The position numbers and the translations under genes were made by a program. The notes beneath the pieces are model-generated. The model saw only the letters and a list, made by a program, of their open reading frames with translations, was not told the DNA's origin and did no database searches. A stretch of 64,000 bases of DNA from Schmidtea polychroa. Taxonomy: Eukaryota. Of the stretch, positions 46,969-58,249 are shown in pieces. Where the stretch lies: contig CM097885.1 in assembly GCA_044892525.1 (NCBI GenBank), forward strand, positions 8,682,001 through 8,746,000, read 5' to 3'. How positions within the stretch are numbered: position 1 is the stretch's first letter; every line of letters starts with the position of its first letter.

Positions 46969-47122
46969 TTTACCTTTGTTAATTTTACATTATTTTATTG
47001 TTTAAATAAATGTATGTTTTGTTGATTTGTTGAGCGTGACCAGTACCCTTGTGAGCATTACCCATAGGGGGACAAAATATTTTGTCGGATAGACTCGGAG
47101 TATATAGACTCGGTGTATATAG

Positions 47123-47207
<85 letters not shown>

Positions 47208-47356
47208 CTTTAAACAGCTTGCAAGGTTACTAGTCATGCTTATTATACATTTGATGGTTACAATTTCTACATTTTGAAAACTATATTTTGATTGGCTATC
47301 ACAATTTTATAAATGTAAGAACAAAAGTAATTTAGTTATTAAGAAATTTATTACTA

Positions 47357-47995
47357 ATGATTTCTATAAATAAAACTGATGAATGTGTAACACATTTGGT
47401 AACTTTATTATTTTGTCAATATTTTTTTTATATATACCATTTATAGCAAGGAAGTCCTACTAGAAATAAGGAAAAATTATGTCCAACCTATTCCGAAATT
47501 TCATTGAAATTTTTTAACAACACAGTTGAAGATTTTATAAATAATCATGATACTTACAGTGATAAGCAACTCATAAATATTTTAAAGATTTTCAAACATT
47601 CCTCTATTGAATATTTGTTTGATTTATTTAATTATGAGAAATCCATTTTAAAGTTATCTTGTTATTTAATGTACTTAGAAAAAATAGCAGTAAACAATGA
47701 TTCACTGAATGAATACTTTTGGAGTTGTATGTATTTAAGGTTGAAACCTGGATATAGTAGATTGATTTATGATTGGATAGCAAAAACCGATTTGATTGAA
47801 AATAAGCTAACGAAAAAACTGAACGAGGTTAAGAAAAGGTATTTAACTTGTTCAATTTGTAAAGAAAATCGAGTTTCGGTTTTGTATTTACCATGTGGTC
47901 ATGTAATTGTTTGTTCTAAGTGTCACGAGAAGAATGTTCGCAAGTGTCAAGCCTGTTCAACATTGATTAATGAATATCATACTATATATATTTAG
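47357..47995 (+). CDS. RING-finger protein copy 47
   Basis: Same as copy 1. Confidence 0.85.
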
Positions 47996-48149
47996 TTTAC
48001 CTTTGTTAATTTTACATTATTTTATTGTTTAAATAAATGTATGTTTTGTTGATTTGTTGAGCGTGACCAGTACCCTTGTGAGCATTACCCATAGGGGGAC
48101 AAAATATTTTGTCGGATAGACTCGGAGTATATAGACTCGGTGTATATAG

Positions 48150-48225
<76 letters not shown>

Positions 48226-48374
48226 CTTTAAACAGCTTGCAAGGTTACTAGTCATGCTTATTATACATTTGATGGTTACAATTTCTACATTTTGAAAACT
48301 ATATTTTGATTGGCTATCACAATTTTATAAATGTAAGAACAAAAGTAATTTAGTTATTAAGAAATTTATTACTA

Positions 48375-49013
48375 ATGATTTCTATAAATAAAACTGATGA
48401 ATGTGTAACACATTTGGTAACTTTATTATTTTGTCAATATTTTTTTTATATATACCATTTATAGCAAGGAAGTCCTACTAGAAATAAGGAAAAATTATGT
48501 CCAACCTATTCCGAAATTTCATTGAAATTTTTTAACAACACAGTTGAAGATTTTATAAATAATCATGATACTTACAGTGATAAGCAACTCATAAATATTT
48601 TAAAGATTTTCAAACATTCCTCTATTGAATATTTGTTTGATTTATTTAATTATGAGAAATCCATTTTAAAGTTATCTTGTTATTTAATGTACTTAGAAAA
48701 AATAGCAGTAAACAATGATTCACTGAATGAATACTTTTGGAGTTGTATGTATTTAAGGTTGAAACCTGGATATAGTAGATTGATTTATGATTGGATAGCA
48801 AAAACCGATTTGATTGAAAATAAGCTAACGAAAAAACTGAACGAGGTTAAGAAAAGGTATTTAACTTGTTCAATTTGTAAAGAAAATCGAGTTTCGGTTT
48901 TGTATTTACCATGTGGTCATGTAATTGTTTGTTCTAAGTGTCACGAGAAGAATGTTCGCAAGTGTCAAGCCTGTTCAACATTGATTAATGAATATCATAC
49001 TATATATATTTAG
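48375..49013 (+). CDS. RING-finger protein copy 48 (last unit)
   Basis: Same protein; the 3' flank has an extra TTTGTTGA and a G>T change in the 15-bp repeat. Confidence 0.85.
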
Positions 49014-49175
49014 TTTACCTTTGTTAATTTTACATTATTTTATTGTTTAAATAAATGTATGTTTTGTTGATTTGTTGATTTGTTGAGCGTGACCAGTACC
49101 CTTGTGAGCATTACCCATAGGGGGACAAAATATTTTGTCGGATAGACTCGGATTATATAGACTCGGTGTATATAG

Positions 49176-49245
<70 letters not shown>

Positions 49246-49278
49246 TCTTTAGAAATAATAATCTTAATAACAAGATAT

Positions 49279-49323
49279 ATGGCTCATTCGAAAGGCCTTG
49301 GATCGAGCTTTAAAATGAGCTAT
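49279..49323. repeat. Imperfect inverted repeat (hairpin)
   Basis: GCTCATTCGAAAG ... CTTTAAAATGAGC. Confidence 0.6.
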
Positions 49324-49430
49324 CGATTTTTAATTTTCGTTGACGGGAACTTTGAAAAAAAAATTTAAAATAAAATAATAATATTTTTTAAAAATAATAA
49401 TAAAAATAATAATATTTTTAAAAATAATAA

Positions 49431-49828
49431 TATGACCTTGATGACTCATCGCGATGACTCATATGACCTTGAGAATGACCTTGGATGAGTCATACGACCT
49501 TGAAAATGACCTTGGATGAGTCATGCGACCTTGAAAATGACCTTGATGAGTCATAGGATGACTCAGACGACCTTGAAAATGACCTTGAAAAATTTTGATG
49601 AGTCATAGTATGAGGCATATGACCTTGATAATTTTTGATGAGTCATAGTATGAGTCATATGACCTTGAGAATGACCTTGAATGAGTCATATGACCTTGAG
49701 AATGACATTGAATGACTCATATGACCTTGAGAATGACCTTGAATGAGTCATATGACCTTGAGAATGACCTTGAGTGAGTCATATGACCTTGAGAATGACC
49801 TTGAATGAGTCATATGACCTTACTCATG
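49431..49828. repeat. Degenerate ~31-bp minisatellite of TGACCTTG and TGA(G/C)TCA motifs; possible Polinton subterminal/TIR repeat
   Basis: Unit ATGACCTTGAGAATGACCTTGAATGAGTCAT repeated with variants. Confidence 0.85.
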
Positions 49829-50191
49829 CACTTGTATTGCATATGTCTTTGTATTACACACCTTAAGGATAGAAAAATATTTCTAAGCGAGATCTAAAGT
49901 GAATGTGTGTAAAGGGCAATAAATAAGGGTAAAATCAAAATTTTTTAAGAAAATACATGTAATTTGATTAAAATTTATGAAAACTATATATATATTTGTT
50001 TTATTTTGGTCAGATAATCTATGTGTGTCTGTATATGAAAACATTGATAAGGAGCAATAAATAATGGACGGTTTTACTCACACACAAGTTTTATATCATT
50101 CGAAAGTCTACTATATATAATACATAATTGAATCGAATCAAAATAAGGGTAAAATAAATGGTAAAATAAAATGGTCATTATCAGACATTTA

Positions 50192-50311
<120 letters not shown>

Positions 50312-50502
50312 CTATTTATTTTAAATAAAAATATGTAATTATGATCATAGTTAATTTAAGCACATATTTATTTCACTTTTCACAAAATAATTTTAAAATA
50401 CCACAACGTAATATATTTTCTATCTTAATTTTAATTGGCTGGAGAAAAAAGTATGCTTTTCATTATAAACATTTTCATTATTACAAAATAACTTTAGAAA
50501 TA

Positions 50503-50554
50503 ATGATCACAGACATCGATTACGAAAATGGTATTTTCATTATTTTTTAATTCA

Positions 50555-50591
<37 letters not shown>

Positions 50592-50794
50592 TTTCTAGAT
50601 AGCGATTGTGTCATAATTGAAGAACATTTTGTTACTTCGATACCTGCAAACGAATATGGACGAAAAAGTTAAATAATAATAATTCATTGCTTATTCTTAA
50701 TTGTCTTTTCCAGGAAATTTTAATGAGGATTCAGTTGATGATTCAGTTGCTTGTGCTGCTGGAACTATTGAATATTTCGCAAAGAAGATAAAAT
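50503..50794 (+). CDS. Putative spliced host-type gene fragment (exons 50503-50530, 50599-50667, 50714-50794), unknown product
   Basis: Three phase-1-compatible exons with GT-AG introns of 68 and 46 nt give MITDIDYENDSDCVIIEEHFVTSIPANEYGRKRNFNEDSVDDSVACAAGTIEYFAKKIK, followed by a GTAAGT donor at 50795. Confidence 0.45.
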
Positions 50795-52208
50795 GTAAGT
50801 AAATTACAAAATTTAACTTAGATTTCTAGTTATATATTTCTTTGTTTAAGAAAATTTAAATTAGTAAAAAATGATATTTAATCAGATGTTCATATTTAGA
50901 TGAATTCATTTAAATAAATTTCTTAAAATTAATGAAAATTAGTAATATATTAATTATTAATTAAAATTAGTACAAAGTTAATATATTTACTGAAATTATT
51001 TTTTAGACAATATTTTAATTATTGATAAGGAATATTATTTTTTACTATAAGTAATCTAATTATAGAAAAGATATTTATTATACCAGAATTAAACAGAATT
51101 CTGTCACTGATGTCAAATTAAAAAAATATAAACTTCTGCTTTTGATATCTCTGAGAATAATTTTCTAAAACAATTTTCATGAAAAATAGGTGAAGAAATT
51201 ATATACTTTACCTGTTAAAGAAAAGTATGACTACAAAAACAATTGATGTTTCAGATTTTCAATATATAATATTAACAATTTTAATTGTATTATAAAAATT
51301 TCAGATTTGAAGATAAAAATGTTCATTTATGCAACTCAAATTTTTGCCCAAGTCCTTTGAAGCATAAATAATATACGTATCACATAAATACAAATATATT
51401 GATATATAAACTGAAAAAAAAGTACAAAGTTAATATATTTACTGAAATTATTTTTTTAGACAATATTAATATAGTTATTGTTAGTTTATTTTAACTATAT
51501 TACGACGATCAACTTTAATTTTATTATAAAAAAAAAATGATGAAAGTATAAATAAAACTTCATTTTAAAATCGAATTTTTATTTGCAATATTATTTTTAC
51601 ATTAATCAACTAAGATGAGATTAATTTAAAATTTGATTGCATCACGAAACTTCTAGTATTTCATGTAAGTGAAATTAAAAGTATATGGATTGTTAAATAA
51701 TTGTCATATTTCTATAGTTCTTTGTTTAAGAAAATTTAAAATAGTAAAAAAAAATGATATTTAATCAGATGTTTATTGGTAAATATTTAGATATTTAGAT
51801 TTAGATTTAGATTTAAATAAATTTCTTAAAATTATTGAGAATTATTGAGACTTTCACTCCAAGGGCCATATATAATAAATTAGTACAAAGTTCAAATTTT
51901 AAATGAAATTTATTAGACAATATATATATTTTTTAACTATATAAAGACGTTCAACATGAATTTTATTATAAAAAATAATGAAAGTATAAATGAAACTTCA
52001 TTTCAAAAATATGAATTGTGATAAAAAAAAAATTGAACAATTTTGAAATAACTAAGGGCATTCAATAATATTGTAACTCATTAAATAAAGTTTACATAGT
52101 GAGCTAAATGCTGCCCTTGTCCATTTTTATGGTGTATAGCGGTGAAAAATAAATTTAGAATCGAATGGCCAATACCACTATACTGCAGTTCCAGATTTAC
52201 AGCGATTA

Positions 52209-54779
52209 ATGAATTGTAGAAAAACTCATAGTTGCCCAGTCCGTATTCAATGCAGATGGTGCGAGACATGTTTAAATGGTTTTAGAAGAGAAGATGCTTT
52301 TGACAGGCATGTAGCTTTATGCAAGAAAAACCAATTGGGCACAACATTATACACGTTGCCAGAAAACTCAGATTTAAAATTTAATGACTGGTCAAAAATG
52401 GTAACTCCGCCTTTTGTTATATATGCTGACTTCGAAGCTGTTTTACCTCTTGATGAAAGACAACACCAAAAACATTTACCTATAGCAGCGGGGCTGTTAC
52501 TGGTAAATAATTTTACTGGGTCAACGAAATACAGTCATTTTATTGGACCAGATTGTGTATACAGATTTCTGATGGATGTAGAAAATATTGTCAACAATAT
52601 AGTGAAGGTTTATTATAAGACAAGTGGGCATTGTCAAATGAAATTTTTGACAAATCAGGAAAAGCTGCAATTCCACACAGCTGTCAATTGTTACTTGTGC
52701 AAAAAGCCAATGCCAGAGAAAGTGAAAGACCATGATCATTTCACTGGCAAATATCTCGGAGCCTCATGCAATGTATGCAATCAACAAAGGAAAATCAGAG
52801 AAACATTACCCATCGTATTTCATAATCTGAAAGGGTATGATCTACATCACATTTTGAAATATGGGCTCAATCAATTTCCTCATTGGAGTCTCAGCTGCAT
52901 ACCAACAAGCACAGAGAAATTTTTAACATTGATAGCATGGCTGGGTAAATTTACAATAAGATTTATTGACTCATATCAGTTTGTCAATACTTCATTACAT
53001 AATGCAGTAAAAACATTGAACGAATTGCCTTTGACCCGTTCAGTATTCAATACTGGAACCATCATAAACAACAAAGGAATTTTTCCTTATGATTTTGCCA
53101 CAAGTGAGGAAATATTAGAAACAACATATGAATTGCCCGCTATTTGGGAAGGCGTTACAAATGAAGAGTATATAATAGCGCAACAAATATGGCAAGAAAC
53201 AAGTTGCGAAACTCTAATGGATTATTTACAAATTTATTTAAAACTTGATGTGTTTTTACTTGCCGATTTTTTCCAACAATTTCGAGCAAGATCAAAAGCA
53301 CATAATGGACTCGAGCCACTCAATTTTTTTGGAATCCCTGGAATGTCTTGGGCATCTGCGCTCATGACCTTAGAAGAACCAGTGGAATTACTGATGGACA
53401 TGGAGATGTATAATTTCTTCGAGGATGGGATCCGTGGTGGTCTCACATTTGTAAATAAACACTTCGCAGTAACAGATGATGAAACAGAGTTGCTTTATAT
53501 CGATATAAACAACCTGTATGGGTGGGCGTTAAGCCAATACTTGCCATGTAGCGATTTTGAGTGGATATATAATGAAGTGGAATTATTATCCATTTTAGTT
53601 GACTGTATTAGTTCGAAACTAGAAAATTTAACTTATGGATACACATTGGAAGTTGATTTAGTCATCCCGTCAAATATCCACGACCTATTAGACGATTTCC
53701 CAGTCGTAGCAGAGAAAATGTGTCCACCAGATTCAAATGTACCAAAATTATTATTAACCCATCATGCGAAAACTAATTATGTTATTCATTGGAGACTTTT
53801 GAAATTATATATGGCCCTTGGAGTGGAAGTCACCAATATACATCGGGCAATAAAATTTACACAAAAGCCGATATTGAAGGATTATATCAACACAAATACC
53901 CAACTTCGAGCTGAATCACAAAATAGTTTAGATAGAGATTTTTATAAACTTTTAAATAATAGTGTTTACGGCAAGACAGTGGAGAATCTGAAGAAAAGAA
54001 TAAATCTGAGATTGTGCAACAATGCCGAAAAATTGGTTAAATACACTTCAAAGCCAACATTTAGACGTTCAATTAAAATTGCTGATGATTTGATTGCCCT
54101 TTTGCTGAATAAAGATGTAGTTTGTTTAGATAGGCCTAGCTACATTGGTCAAACAGTGCTAGACTTATATAAACTTAGAATGTATGAACTACAATATATT
54201 GAACTGTCAAAATATCGAGCACAGTTCAATTGCCAAATAAATATCATAGCCGGGGATACAGACTCATTCTTCCTCGAATGTAAATATGTCAAATTGCGAT
54301 CACAATTACTTCCTGCAATGAATGCTGACGGATTGTTAGACACCAGCAACTACGATCCTACAGATCCATTATATTCACGAAATTTGGATTCTGTAATTGG
54401 GAAATTCAAGGACGAAAACAAAGGCAAATCATATGAAGAATGGGTATTCCTCAGACCCAAATGCTATAGTTTGCTAACTAGTGATAATGATACTATAAAT
54501 AAAGCCAAAGGTGTATCATTAAAGGGAACAGAAATCACACATCAATCGTATGTGGATTGTTATCTTGGAATGCATATACCGAAGGTGAATCAATCCCGGT
54601 TTGATACACGAAACCATCAATTATTTACATTTAGAACTAAGAAGGTAGCCCTTACAAATAACGATGATAAAAGGGTTTGGGTTGAAGAGAACAAGAGCTT
54701 CGCATATGGGCATTATAATATTTTAGATAATGAATTAAATAATATTTTGCCTCTTGATGAATCATCTGCAGACGAATGA
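52209..54779 (+). CDS. polB: Protein-primed family B DNA polymerase, probably 5'-truncated
   Basis: Zn-finger CETC...HVALC; ExoI YADFE; endonuclease VII-like insert CYLC...KDHDHFTGKYLGASCNVCN; ExoII FHNLKGYD; KGIFPY; ExoIII YLKLDVFLLAD; Pol A YIDINNLYG; Pol B KLLNNSVYGK; Pol C GDTDS. No terminal-protein region is seen upstream. Confidence 0.95.
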   Translation: MNCRKTHSCPVRIQCRWCETCLNGFRREDAFDRHVALCKKNQLGTTLYTLPENSDLKFNDWSKMVTPPFVIYADFEAVLPLDERQHQKHLPIAAGLLLVNNFTGSTKYSHFIGPDCVYRFLMDVENIVNNIVKVYYKTSGHCQMKFLTNQEKLQFHTAVNCYLCKKPMPEKVKDHDHFTGKYLGASCNVCNQQRKIRETLPIVFHNLKGYDLHHILKYGLNQFPHWSLSCIPTSTEKFLTLIAWLGKFTIRFIDSYQFVNTSLHNAVKTLNELPLTRSVFNTGTIINNKGIFPYDFATSEEILETTYELPAIWEGVTNEEYIIAQQIWQETSCETLMDYLQIYLKLDVFLLADFFQQFRARSKAHNGLEPLNFFGIPGMSWASALMTLEEPVELLMDMEMYNFFEDGIRGGLTFVNKHFAVTDDETELLYIDINNLYGWALSQYLPCSDFEWIYNEVELLSILVDCISSKLENLTYGYTLEVDLVIPSNIHDLLDDFPVVAEKMCPPDSNVPKLLLTHHAKTNYVIHWRLLKLYMALGVEVTNIHRAIKFTQKPILKDYINTNTQLRAESQNSLDRDFYKLLNNSVYGKTVENLKKRINLRLCNNAEKLVKYTSKPTFRRSIKIADDLIALLLNKDVVCLDRPSYIGQTVLDLYKLRMYELQYIELSKYRAQFNCQINIIAGDTDSFFLECKYVKLRSQLLPAMNADGLLDTSNYDPTDPLYSRNLDSVIGKFKDENKGKSYEEWVFLRPKCYSLLTSDNDTINKAKGVSLKGTEITHQSYVDCYLGMHIPKVNQSRFDTRNHQLFTFRTKKVALTNNDDKRVWVEENKSFAYGHYNILDNELNNILPLDESSADE

Positions 54780-55110
54780 TAATGATTAATGGTAATGATT
54801 TATCCGTTTTATTTTTAAAAATATTTTTATTTTTATTTTAGTTTCTGTACAGTTTCTCCAGTTTTGACACAGTTTCTGAACAGTTTTGAAAACAGATGAG
54901 AACGAACCACCAATATAATGATTCATTTGTAACTTTTGTAATGGCACTTGTTGTAACCAATATAATTGTCCTTTTAATGCATATTGGTTCTCATAATTAT
55001 GTTTATTTTTATTGCGTTGGTTCTCTTTTGAGTCCTAAATATTTTATTGTGAATGTGTATACGTCCTCTTTAGGACTGCAAATATTGATTGCATTTATTG
55101 TTGAGAAACG

Positions 55111-55330
<220 letters not shown>

Positions 55331-55445
55331 TTAATAAATTCAAGGCTCAAAATATATTTTTATATATATTTTACATTTATTATACATAATTCAGTAACGA
55401 CTTTGTTTAAATAAAGTAACACAACATTTTTTACAATACATTTAT

Positions 55446-55824
55446 TTAACAAAGATGTTTATACATTAGCCAAGCTAGACAATGTTGTCCACAAGTATTT
55501 GTTAATGGATGTTGAAACCGAATTTTATTGTAATCAACTTGACCAATAGTTGATAGCTTTTTGATCAATAGGGCTGGATAGTAAAATCCCATTGGATCGA
55601 AAACATATATTTTATTCGGCTTCACATAGACTGCAATCCAATGTTCTCCACCCAGAGTAGACGAATCTGTGTTGACAATTATGGCTTGATTCACATCTAA
55701 ATAGGGGATTTTGTCTAGTGGGTACACTCCAACAAACTCTTTACCTAATATTTGAGTACCAATTCGATTTATCTGAATAGAACTAACATAATAATTTTAT
55801 TAGTTTAAAGAAAACTTACTCCAT
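55446..55824 (-). CDS. Adenain-like (C5/Ulp1-fold) maturation cysteine protease; spliced 55824-55820 + 55782-55446, 113 aa
   Basis: A 37-nt intron GTAAGT...CTAAT...TTAG restores MDSIQINRIGTQILGKEFVGVYPLD. Catalytic motifs GEHWIA, FDPMG, RFQ, TCGQHC. Confidence 0.88.
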
Positions 55825-55853
55825 GACAAATGTATTTCGATTTATTCACACAT

Positions 55854-55997
55854 TTATACTAGCACAGTTCTATTTGCAGTAATTTGAACTTCATTTTCAA
55901 ATACTCCATATATAATAACATGTACCGGTTCAGTAATGGCTCTTGCAAACTTTATATCCAGTCGTAAATTCCCGTTTTGTGGTAATTGACTCTGATT
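55854..55997 (-). pseudogene. C-terminal remnant of the double-jelly-roll major capsid protein (PY/hexon)
   Basis: Translates as NQSQLPQNGNLRLDIKFARAITEPVHVIIYGVFENEVQITANRTVLV*, resembling the Polinton MCP C-terminus. In-frame stop immediately upstream; expected position just before the protease. Confidence 0.75.
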
Positions 55998-56094
55998 TTA
56001 GCCATCCTGATCCGTACTGTTTACCAACGAAGTATGGTAATTCACCGCCAGATTGGCTATCACTATACATACTAATAATATCAGAATTAGCCAT
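55998..56094 (-). pseudogene. N-terminal remnant of a Gly-rich putative core protein
   Basis: MANSDIISMYSDSQSGGELPYFVGKQYGSGWLK overlaps the penton stop. The QxGGxLPxFxG..QxGxG pattern is typical of the small Polinton gene downstream of penton. Cut by the deletion. Confidence 0.6.
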
Positions 56095-57154
56095 CTACTT
56101 TACGAAAATGTAATGTCAAATGAGTATTCGAATCTTTTGGAAAGTTTATAAGGTTTCCACTATCGTCACGAATATTTATTTCTATATTGTTTATACATGA
56201 GCTTGCAATTGGTAAATACATGGGATTATCGATATTTATATTGACAACTTCATCGTGTTCATATTTTCCAATCCATACCGATTTCAATAGAGGAACACTG
56301 GAATCACCAACAATTATGGGCTCAATAATATTAGTATATATGAACATTTGTTGATGATGTTCAAGTATTCTTGGTTTACGTATACCATCAGCTTTTCCTC
56401 GATATTTTTGCTTCTCTAATCCAAGTGTATTTGTCAAATTTTTATCAAATGTAACTTCGCAAATTTCATCATTCAAACTGAAAGTAAACAACAAATCTTT
56501 CACAATGTCCAAACTTTTAAATATGTGTGAACAATTGTACTTTAAATATTTAAGTAACACATCAAGTTTATCAATATATAATTCGTCAGCAAAGGTGAAT
56601 GATTTCTCAACTTCATTATTATACGACACTGATATTTTGATTTCTTCTTTCATTAAACTGTTTGCTTCAAATAGATCAAAACGTAATAAATATTCTGTTT
56701 CCATAACATCATTTTTCAACTTATTGCAACCCATTCGTTTGGCATCTTCAATAGTTTCGAATGTTATTGTAAATGGTTTAAAATCACAACTGATATTTAA
56801 TCCATCCTTGTAAAATATATAGCAATGCTGATCTAATATTTGATTCGGAATATGATATGTTTTATCATAATTACTGATGACAAAGATACCGCTACATGTT
56901 TTCAGAACATTCTTTTTGAAATCAATCTTACATTGACTATAAAATGGGAATGTGTTGTACACGAATGTAAAATCTTGAAGTGCAACTTCCCAGTCACCAT
57001 TTAAAGAAATCGGATTCTGGAGATTGACCATGAATTTGCTGAATTGATTGTCCGGATGAATTAATGGGCAGCTATTGCTTGGTAAAATAGTATAGAAATT
57101 CACTTTACTAGGTCCTTTTCTGATATCCATGATGGGTTTTGATATCCATGCCAT
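56087..57154 (-). CDS. Minor capsid protein (penton, PX)
   Basis: FYTILPSNS...PDN..SKF.V.L.NPI.L.GDWEVAL; MFIYTNIIEPIIVGDSSVPLLKSV; YLPI...INNIEINIRDDSG...LTLHFRK. The start may be the second Met (MDIRK). Confidence 0.85.
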   Translation of the reverse strand: MAWISKPIMDIRKGPSKVNFYTILPSNSCPLIHPDNQFSKFMVNLQNPISLNGDWEVALQDFTFVYNTFPFYSQCKIDFKKNVLKTCSGIFVISNYDKTYHIPNQILDQHCYIFYKDGLNISCDFKPFTITFETIEDAKRMGCNKLKNDVMETEYLLRFDLFEANSLMKEEIKISVSYNNEVEKSFTFADELYIDKLDVLLKYLKYNCSHIFKSLDIVKDLLFTFSLNDEICEVTFDKNLTNTLGLEKQKYRGKADGIRKPRILEHHQQMFIYTNIIEPIIVGDSSVPLLKSVWIGKYEHDEVVNINIDNPMYLPIASSCINNIEINIRDDSGNLINFPKDSNTHLTLHFRKVDG

Positions 57155-57738
57155 TTGACATAGTATTGTTTATCCTTGCCGACCTTTTTAGTTTTCAATA
57201 TTTTTTGAATTCTTAATACTTTTGGAGGAGGAATAACTTGTAATTCTTGCTCATAAAATTTTCCTTGTACAATATTATTATCATTGTCTTTAATGACATA
57301 CATTACTTGACTCTGGCTAGTATTTATTTTCAAAATTACAAAGACTTCATCACTCCAATTTGTATCGAAATTTTTTATAAATGGTGATGCACTAATTTTA
57401 CTAATTCTAACATGGTCACCTACTTTATATTTAGGTTTTGCAATTTTTACATGTTTTTTAGAATAGAATGTTTTTGAAGTGATATCAATCGGTCTTAATC
57501 CATTCAGTCCTCGATGTGATGAATGATTATAACTGGTTATTATTTTTGGTAAAATATTTACCCATTTTTTATTACCTTGATGCACAAATAATTTCTTTAA
57601 TCTATCTCTCAAAGTTCGGTTAAATCTTTCAACATAAGCTGCTTTGTATTGAGAATATACTGTGTAATGGTTTATTTTCAGTTTATTGAGGATTTGCTTG
57701 ACTTTACTGTTGTAGAATTCTTTACCTAAAAAAAAAAT

Positions 57739-57800
<62 letters not shown>

Positions 57801-58188
57801 CTAAATCTGTTTGCAAGTTATTAGGATGTCCTTTTTTAAATAAATTATTAATAGCTTTGGACATTTCATCTGCAGATTTTGCCTTGACTGGAATCGCTCG
57901 GGCAAACCGACTGAATACATCAATACATGTTAAAATATATTTATAACCATTGTTAATTTTTGAATATGGTATCATCTCCATCAAATCCATTTGCCATAAA
58001 TCGTTTATTCCAAATGTTTTATATGTTCTTGTTGGGAATCGTTTCTGCATTGGTTTGTTCAAACTGTACGCAAGCTGGTCTGATAACCACTTCTGGGTTT
58101 CCTTTTTCGAATTTGGAACTCTTTTCTTTAATTTTGCGACTCCACCGAAACCCGCTTCGTCTTCTGGGTTTGTCCAAATCTTCTCCAT
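57100..58188 (-). CDS. Retroviral-like DDE integrase with C-terminal chromodomain; 75-nt intron at 57800-57726
   Basis: WQMDL, YILTCIDVFSRFA, LQTDLG|KEFYN after splicing, VERFNRTLR, YNHSSHR; chromodomain IQKILK...YYVKWHGY..SWI. Confidence 0.95.
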
Positions 58189-58246
58189 TACAACAAGAAG
58201 ATTTAATATTAAATTTAATGTCAGGTAATGAAGGATTAGCTCCCAT
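58019..58246 (-). CDS. Small basic protein with N-myristoylation motif, overlapping the integrase 5' end in another frame
   Basis: MGANPS (MGxxxS), a CC pair and a basic patch. The ATG lies 3 nt after the upstream gene's stop. Confidence 0.4.
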   Translation of the reverse strand: MGANPSLPDIKFNIKSSCCNGEDLDKPRRRSGFRWSRKIKEKSSKFEKGNPEVVIRPACVQFEQTNAETIPNKNI

Positions 58247-58249
58247 TGT

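Noticed and set aside
49040..49368. Poly-L / poly-I ORFs
   Set aside because: Translations of the (AAT)n microsatellite.
50341..50550. 69-aa ORF as a stand-alone gene
   Set aside because: AT-rich low-information sequence; only its last part fits the spliced model.
54786..55034. Minus-strand open frame DSKENQRN...RINHYH after a possible AG acceptor
   Set aside because: I could not find a phase-compatible upstream exon or a recognisable motif.
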